Assembly (NCBI GenBank): GCA_016210205.1
Contig: JACQUO010000023.1
Span: 3,788-67,787, forward strand
Direction: 5' to 3'
DNA from: Chloroflexota bacterium
Lineage (GTDB): Bacteria > Chloroflexota > Dehalococcoidia > JACQUO01
DNA length: 64,000 nucleotides
Made by a program: the position numbers and the translations under genes. This document shows, piece by piece, positions 58,432-64,000 of this stretch. Every line of letters starts with the position of its first letter. The stretch's first letter is position 1. The notes below the pieces were generated by a model that was given only the letters and a program-made list of their open reading frames with translations, did not search any database and was not told the origin of the DNA.

Positions 58432-58463
58432 CAGGGGACAGACATCTGTCCCCTGTCTCTTTT
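58432..58463 (+). terminator. Intrinsic terminator between convergent genes
   Basis: CAGGGGACAG..CTGTCCCCTG then TCTCTTTT. Confidence 0.75.
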
Positions 58464-58501
58464 GCCGAAGACAATGGATTCATCCCGCTCCCCTGCCATA
58501 G

Positions 58502-59593
58502 CTACGCTCCCTTTGACGGCACCCCTTCGCCGCCCCGCACCTGGTCGAAGAAATCGAATAGCCCCCCGAGACGAGAGAAGGGGTAGGTATGGCCCCATTT
58601 GGGATGCTCGTGATAGCTCACGCGATAGCCGAAATGCGCCAGGATATCCCGGGACTGGCGCGCCATCTGCACCGGCACCTGGTTGTCCAGGGCGCCGTGC
58701 AGAATATAGACAGGCATCCGGCAGCCGACGTTCAGGTCCCGCCAGGGCCAGGGCACCAGCGCTCCCGCAATGGGGCCGATGGCCGCGAAGACCTCCGGGT
58801 TCCCCAGCCCAAACTCATAGGTGAAAGTGCCGCCGTCGGAGAACCCGGTGAGGAATACCGCCCGCTTCTCCACCCGATAGAGGGCCTGAACCTCCTTCAC
58901 CGCCAGGAGCACCGCCCGGAGGTCGCTGAAGGACCAGGTGAAGTCCTGGGATTTGGGGACTAAGAGCAGATAGCCGCGGCTCTTGGCCTGGCGGAGCCAG
59001 AGCCAGAGGAAGTCCCGGTCATCGCCCCCGGCCCCGTGGAGGGCAACCACCAGGGGCCAAACCCGAGCCGGGTCATAGTCCTCGGGCACATAGAGGGAGT
59101 AGCGCGGGGATAGCTCTCTCCAATCCTTATAGAGGACACCCACGGGCCGGTGATGGGGACTGACGGGCGGCTGGCTTCCGGCGTGGGCCCGGGACGCCGC
59201 CTCTGGGGTCAGCCAGTGGGTCTCCAGGCCGATGTCGTGACGAATAGGATACAAAAAGGCCTGGGCGCGGCAGAGCTCCCCGTAGGCGGCCCGGAACCCG
59301 CCGGGGACACCCTGGGACGCTTGCAGGGCGGCGGCCATGAGCTCCCAGCCCTGCCGCAAGTGAAAGAAGCCCTGGGCCAGGCACGCGCCTTTCTCGCCAG
59401 CGAGGAGCGGGCGGGGGCCAGCTATCTCGGCGAGGGCCGCAGATAGCCTGACCCCCAGCTCCCCCAGCGCCGCCTCCCGCTGGGGCGAGGCCTGGCGCAG
59501 GCGCGGGTCCTCCAGGAGGGCCTCGCCCGCCTCCAGCGTCTGTCTAGCCAGGACTCCCAGGTCAGCCATCCCGGCGACGTGCCTCCCTGTCAT
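58502..59593 (-). CDS. Phospholipase/carboxylesterase (PHB depolymerase-like) with helical N-terminal domain
   Basis: YVPEDY..WPLVVALHG, GFSDGG, HGALD, GH. Confidence 0.82.
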   Translation of the reverse strand: MTGRHVAGMADLGVLARQTLEAGEALLEDPRLRQASPQREAALGELGVRLSAALAEIAGPRPLLAGEKGACLAQGFFHLRQGWELMAAALQASQGVPGGFRAAYGELCRAQAFLYPIRHDIGLETHWLTPEAASRAHAGSQPPVSPHHRPVGVLYKDWRELSPRYSLYVPEDYDPARVWPLVVALHGAGGDDRDFLWLWLRQAKSRGYLLLVPKSQDFTWSFSDLRAVLLAVKEVQALYRVEKRAVFLTGFSDGGTFTYEFGLGNPEVFAAIGPIAGALVPWPWRDLNVGCRMPVYILHGALDNQVPVQMARQSRDILAHFGYRVSYHEHPKWGHTYPFSRLGGLFDFFDQVRGGEGVPSKGA

Positions 59594-59615
59594 CTACCAT
59601 CAGTCAGTAGTCCCC

Positions 59616-61235
59616 TCAGAGCCAAGGTAGCACGGGCGCAGAGGGAGGCCAAAGGCTCTCCCAGACCACGCGCCCCCCCAGCACTGTCATGGCGACCTTG
59701 AGGTCTTTTATAGCTCCAGGGGCGGCGGCGGTGGGGTCAGCGGAGAGCAAGGCCATATCCGCCAGCTGCCCCGGCCAGAGTCGGCCCAAACGGGCCTCCT
59801 GGCCCGCCGCCCTGGCGCCCCCGACGGTATAGGCAAAGACCGCTTGCCGCGCCGTGATACCCTCCTCACGGTGAAAGGCGACCCCCGAGGCCGCCCGGCG
59901 GGCTACCGCCGCATAGAGGCCAATCAGCGGATTGGGGGGCGTCACCGGGGCGTCGGAGGAGAAGGCCAGGGGGACATGGGCCTTAAGCAGGGAGCGGAAA
60001 CGGTAGAGATAGGGCTGCATCTCAGGAGCCACCTCGGCCAGGTAGCGCTCGCCGCTGTAGTAGATGAAGGCCGGCTGAGAGACCACCATGGCCCCCGAGC
60101 GGGCCACGCGCTCCAGGACCCAGGGCGGGCACTCCGAGGCGTGCTCAATCCGGTGCTGGAGGCTAGCTTCGGGGCTCGGGGCCGCGCCGTTGCCCTGGCG
60201 GTGGCGACGGCGCTGGGCCTCGATGGCGGAGGCAACCCGCTCCACCACCGGTGCCTCCACTGCATGCACGGCCAGCGGGAAACCCGCCGCCTCGGACGCG
60301 CCGAGGATGCCCTCCAGCTCGCGCGGGGTCGGGGCGGCGTCCAGGCTAGGGAGCATGAGCTTGGCGTGGCCCAAGGCCATAGCGCCCGCCCCAGAGCCAA
60401 AGGCCAGGCCCCGCGCCGTGAACTCCTCCAGAAAATCGAAGCCTGGCATGAAGGTTATTCGGGGCAAGAGTAGCCCTTCTTCCCGCACGCGGCCCAGCAG
60501 CTCCCACTGGGCGATGGTGTTGCGGGGGCTGGCATCCTGGACCGAGGTGACGCCGTAGGAGAGCAGCCACTGGCCCGCCAGGCGCAGGTTCTGGGCCAGC
60601 TCCGCCGCGGTGGGCGCGGGGACAATCTTCTCTGAAAGCCAGCCGTCCATCTCCAGGAGCAAGCCTGTAGGCTCCCCATCCTCCCCACGCTCAATGTATC
60701 CCCCCGGAGGGTCCGGCGTCTGGGGGCCGATGCCGGCCAAACGCAGGGCCAGGGAGTTGAGGACGCAGGCGTGGAGGCTCCGGTGCCGCAGGCGCACGGG
60801 ATGGCGAGGGGTGGCAACATCCAGGTCGCGGCGGGTGGGATGCCGTCGCTCTGCCAGATGAAACTCGTTATAGCCCCAGCCCTGAAGCCAGGCACCTGGA
60901 GGGGTCGCCTGGGCCCGCTCCACCAAAAGGTTCACGAGGCTCGCGATGGAGGAGACCGCCTCGGGGCCGCAGTCCAGGGAACCCAGGCTGGAGGCATAGG
61001 CCATGAGGTGGCAGTGGGCATCGTGGAAGCCAGGGATGAGGGTTCGCCCCCCGCCCGCGACGACCCGGGTCCCAGGCCCCCGCAAAGATTCCAGCAGGCC
61101 TTCGTCCCCTACGGCCAGGATGCGCTCGCCCTTCGCCGCCACCAGGCCGGCTCGGGGGCGCCGAGGGTGCATGGTCAGGGCCCGGACATCATGGATGATG
61201 AGGTCAGCGGGGCCGCGCGCCTCAGGCGAGGACAT
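59616..61235 (-). CDS. Amidohydrolase family 3 (YtcJ-like)
   Basis: [43 protein letters not shown]. Confidence 0.88.
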   Translation of the reverse strand: MSSPEARGPADLIIHDVRALTMHPRRPRAGLVAAKGERILAVGDEGLLESLRGPGTRVVAGGGRTLIPGFHDAHCHLMAYASSLGSLDCGPEAVSSIASLVNLLVERAQATPPGAWLQGWGYNEFHLAERRHPTRRDLDVATPRHPVRLRHRSLHACVLNSLALRLAGIGPQTPDPPGGYIERGEDGEPTGLLLEMDGWLSEKIVPAPTAAELAQNLRLAGQWLLSYGVTSVQDASPRNTIAQWELLGRVREEGLLLPRITFMPGFDFLEEFTARGLAFGSGAGAMALGHAKLMLPSLDAAPTPRELEGILGASEAAGFPLAVHAVEAPVVERVASAIEAQRRRHRQGNGAAPSPEASLQHRIEHASECPPWVLERVARSGAMVVSQPAFIYYSGERYLAEVAPEMQPYLYRFRSLLKAHVPLAFSSDAPVTPPNPLIGLYAAVARRAASGVAFHREEGITARQAVFAYTVGGARAAGQEARLGRLWPGQLADMALLSADPTAAAPGAIKDLKVAMTVLGGRVVWESLWPPSAPVLPWL

Positions 61236-63159
61236 GCCGGCGCCTCTCCAGATGCACCAGAAGCACCGCCACATCGGCGGGGGTGACCCCGGGGATGCGA
61301 GAGGCCTGTCCGATAGTGGCGGGCAGGAAACGCCCCAAGCGCTCCCGGGCCTCGGTCCGAAGACCGCTCATCGCGTCGTAGTCGAAGTCGGCGGGGATGG
61401 CTTGTCCCTCCAGCCTGGCCCGGCGAGCCACCTGCTCCTCCTGCTGCCGGATGTAGCCCTGGTACTTCACCAGCACCTCCACCTGCTCCCCCGTCCCATC
61501 CCCAAGCTCCGGCAGGCCCAATCCCAAACCCAGCAAATCGCCGTAGGCCACCCCAGGACGGCGCAGATACTCTAGAGAGGACTGGTCGTGGCTGGGAAAG
61601 GGCAGCCCAGCAGCCGCAAGGGCCGGGCGCAGGCGAGCGCTTGGCCCGAGATGTGTCTCCTCCATACGCTCCAAAGCCCAGGCGATGACCCCCCGCTTCT
61701 CTTCAACGGCTTGGTAGCGTTCCTCGCCCACCAGACCCACGGCATGGCCGAACGGGGTGAGGCGGAGGTCGGCGTTGTCCTGTCGGAGCAGGAGACGGAA
61801 CTCAGCCCGAGAGGTGAAGAGCCGGTAAGGCTCGGTGTGCTCCTGGGTCACTAGGTCGTCAATCATCACCCCAATATAGGCCTGGTCGCGGCCCAAGATT
61901 AGTGGTGGATTGCCCTTCACCTTCAGGGCAGCATTGAGGCCCGCCATCAACCCCTGGGCCGCCGCCTCTTCGTAGCCGGAGGTGCCGTTTATCTGCCCGG
62001 CCAGGAACAGCCCGGGGACGGCCTTAGCCTCCAGGGTGGCGCGGGTCTGGACTGGAGGGACATAATCGTACTCGATGGCATAGCCCACCCGGGTCATCTC
62101 CGCTTGGGCCAGGGCGGGGATAGTGCGGAGCAGTCCCAACTGGACATCCTCCGGCAAGGAAGTGTTGGCCCCCTGGACATAAACCTCCCCCGTCTCCCAG
62201 CCCTCCGGCTCCAGGAAGAGGCCGTGGGACTCCTTGTGGGCGAACCGCACCACCTTGTCCTCAATCGAAGGACAGTAGCGGGGCCCGACGCCCTTGATGA
62301 GACCGTTGAAGAGGGGCGCCCGATGCAAGTTGGCCCGGATGAGCGCGTGGGTGCGAGGGTTGGTGTGCACCAAATAGCAGGGGAGCTGAAGGCGCCAGGG
62401 CGTGGGTGGGCCAACGGGATACAGGGGATTGGGGGGGGGAAAAGACCAGTCCTCTTCCGGCGGATGGAAGGAGAAATAGAGAGGGCGGCCGCTCCCAGGC
62501 TGAAGCGCCGTCCGGGAGAAATCGATGCTGGCGGCGGCCACCCGGGGCGGGGTCCCGGTCTTGAGCCGGCCCAAAGCGAAGCCCATACGTCTCAGGCTGT
62601 CCGATAGACCCACCGCGGCCGCTTCCCCCGCCCGCCCTCCAGTATAGCTCACATCTCCCACGATGATGCGGCCCGCCAAGGAAGTGCCTGTAGTCAGCAC
62701 CACGGACTTGCCCCAGAAGGCCTGTCCTGTCTGGGCCTGGAGCCGGAAGGGCCAGGGCCCCCCCGCTACCTGAGACAGCTCCTCCACCAGGGCCTGCTTG
62801 AGGTCAAGGCCAGGCTGGGACTCCAAGGCCCGCTTCATGGCCCGACAGTAGGCCTCCTTGTCCGCCTGGGCCCGCAGCGCCTGCACCGCCGGCCCCTTGC
62901 CGGTGTTGAGCATCCGTATCTGGATGAAGGTGCGGTCTATGGCCTGAGCCATCTCGCCTCCCAGGGCGTCAATCTCACGCACCAGGTGGCCCTTGGCCGG
63001 CCCCCCGAGAGAAGGATTGCAGGGCATGAGGGCCACATGGTCCAAGTTCATGGTGAGAAGAAGGGTGCGGCAGCCCAGGCGGGCGGAGGCCAGGGCCGCC
63101 TCGCAGCCGGCATGCCCCGCCCCCACCACCACCACCTCATAGCCAGGGACACCAGACAT
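61222..63159 (-). CDS. mnmG: tRNA uridine 5-carboxymethylaminomethyl modification enzyme
   Basis: [57 protein letters not shown]. Confidence 0.96.
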   Translation of the reverse strand: MSGVPGYEVVVVGAGHAGCEAALASARLGCRTLLLTMNLDHVALMPCNPSLGGPAKGHLVREIDALGGEMAQAIDRTFIQIRMLNTGKGPAVQALRAQADKEAYCRAMKRALESQPGLDLKQALVEELSQVAGGPWPFRLQAQTGQAFWGKSVVLTTGTSLAGRIIVGDVSYTGGRAGEAAAVGLSDSLRRMGFALGRLKTGTPPRVAAASIDFSRTALQPGSGRPLYFSFHPPEEDWSFPPPNPLYPVGPPTPWRLQLPCYLVHTNPRTHALIRANLHRAPLFNGLIKGVGPRYCPSIEDKVVRFAHKESHGLFLEPEGWETGEVYVQGANTSLPEDVQLGLLRTIPALAQAEMTRVGYAIEYDYVPPVQTRATLEAKAVPGLFLAGQINGTSGYEEAAAQGLMAGLNAALKVKGNPPLILGRDQAYIGVMIDDLVTQEHTEPYRLFTSRAEFRLLLRQDNADLRLTPFGHAVGLVGEERYQAVEEKRGVIAWALERMEETHLGPSARLRPALAAAGLPFPSHDQSSLEYLRRPGVAYGDLLGLGLGLPELGDGTGEQVEVLVKYQGYIRQQEEQVARRARLEGQAIPADFDYDAMSGLRTEARERLGRFLPATIGQASRIPGVTPADVAVLLVHLERRRHVLA

Positions 63160-63164
63160 TGAGG

Positions 63165-64000
63165 TCAGGCCTCGGGATAGGCAGCCTGGCGGGCCGCATG
63201 GTAGGAGGAACGCACCAGGGGGCCGGATTCCACATGGCGGAACCCCAACTCTCGGCCCACCTTGGCCAGGTCGGCGAACTCCTCGGGCTCGTAGAAGCGG
63301 GCCACAGGAAGGTGGCTCGCCGAAGGCGCAAGATACTGGCCGATGGTCAGGAGGTCGCAGCCCGCCCGCCGCAGGTCCACCATGACTTGCGCCATCTCCG
63401 TCATCCGCTCTCCCAGGCCCACCATCAAGCCCGATTTGGTGACCAGGCCCGGGGACAACTCTTTGGCCCGGCGCAAGAGGGCCAGGGAGCGGGTATAGAC
63501 AGCCTGGGGACGCACCTTGGGGTACAGACGAGGCACCGTCTCCACATTGTGGTTCAGCACCTCGGGCGAGGCCGCCACCACCGTCGCCAGGGCCGCCTCA
63601 TTGCCCTTGAAGTCTGGGATGAGCACCTCCAGCCGACAGTCGGGGCTGCGCTCCCTAACCTTGGCGATGGTCTGGGCGTAGTGCCCCGCGCCGCCATCGG
63701 GCAGGTCATCCCGGGTCACCGAGGTCACCACCGCGTAACGCAGGCCTAACTGGGCCACAGTGCGGGCCACCCGCTCCGGTTCCTGGGGGTCCGGCGGGGC
63801 CGGACGCCCAGGAGCGACAGCACAAAAACGACAGTCCCGGGTGCAGACATCTCCCAGAATAAGAAAAGTAGCTGTCCCCTCCTCGAAGCATTGGCCGATG
63901 TTAGGGCAGCGGGCCTCCTGGCAGACTGTATGCAGGTCAGCCTGGTCCAAAAGGCCCTTGACCCTGAGGTAGTTGGGCCCGCCAGGGAAGCGCACCTTGA
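63165..64000 (-). CDS. lipA: Lipoyl synthase (5' end outside window)
   Basis: [48 protein letters not shown]. Confidence 0.95.
   Translation of the reverse strand, partial: KVRFPGGPNYLRVKGLLDQADLHTVCQEARCPNIGQCFEEGTATFLILGDVCTRDCRFCAVAPGRPAPPDPQEPERVARTVAQLGLRYAVVTSVTRDDLPDGGAGHYAQTIAKVRERSPDCRLEVLIPDFKGNEAALATVVAASPEVLNHNVETVPRLYPKVRPQAVYTRSLALLRRAKELSPGLVTKSGLMVGLGERMTEMAQVMVDLRRAGCDLLTIGQYLAPSASHLPVARFYEPEEFADLAKVGRELGFRHVESGPLVRSSYHAARQAAYPEA

Overview
GC-rich bacterial chromosomal segment, most likely Chloroflexota (Dehalococcoidia-like, inferred from the GuaA N-terminal extension, the tmRNA tag GEREFALAA, archaeal-type apgM and Pro/Thr-linker lipoproteins). It is mostly housekeeping: his operon (hisZ-G-D-C-B), pur/guaA operon, tsaC-rpiB-dxs-idsA, cooC-pgk-apgM-tpiA, miaA-dapF-dapL-hflX-xer, a thiolase/HMGS-like-DUF35 pair, ctpA-smpB-ssrA-typA, aspA, sbcD/sbcC, hpt, proC-yggT, a DUF2249/hemerythrin/ferritin-like cluster, mnmG and partial lipA. 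I saw no CRISPR array, transposase, prophage, rRNA or tRNA. The strongest unexplained signal is a stand-alone ~260-nt structured ncRNA candidate (51558-51821, minus) with its own near-consensus promoter, paired 5'/3' ends and terminator; it matches no RNA family I recognise and converges on an HPRT fused to a PD-(D/E)XK-like domain. Other notable items are a palindromic 11-6-11 dif-like site directly upstream of a single Xer gene, a beta-CASP nuclease gene between sbcD and sbcC, a low-GC DUF262 gene with a degenerate HNH-like tail inside the dap operon, a dispersed ~100-bp G-rich repeat family, two small membrane proteins missed by the ORF track, and a probable ATA start for dapF. All calls are by-eye motif recognition; no searches or folding computations were run.
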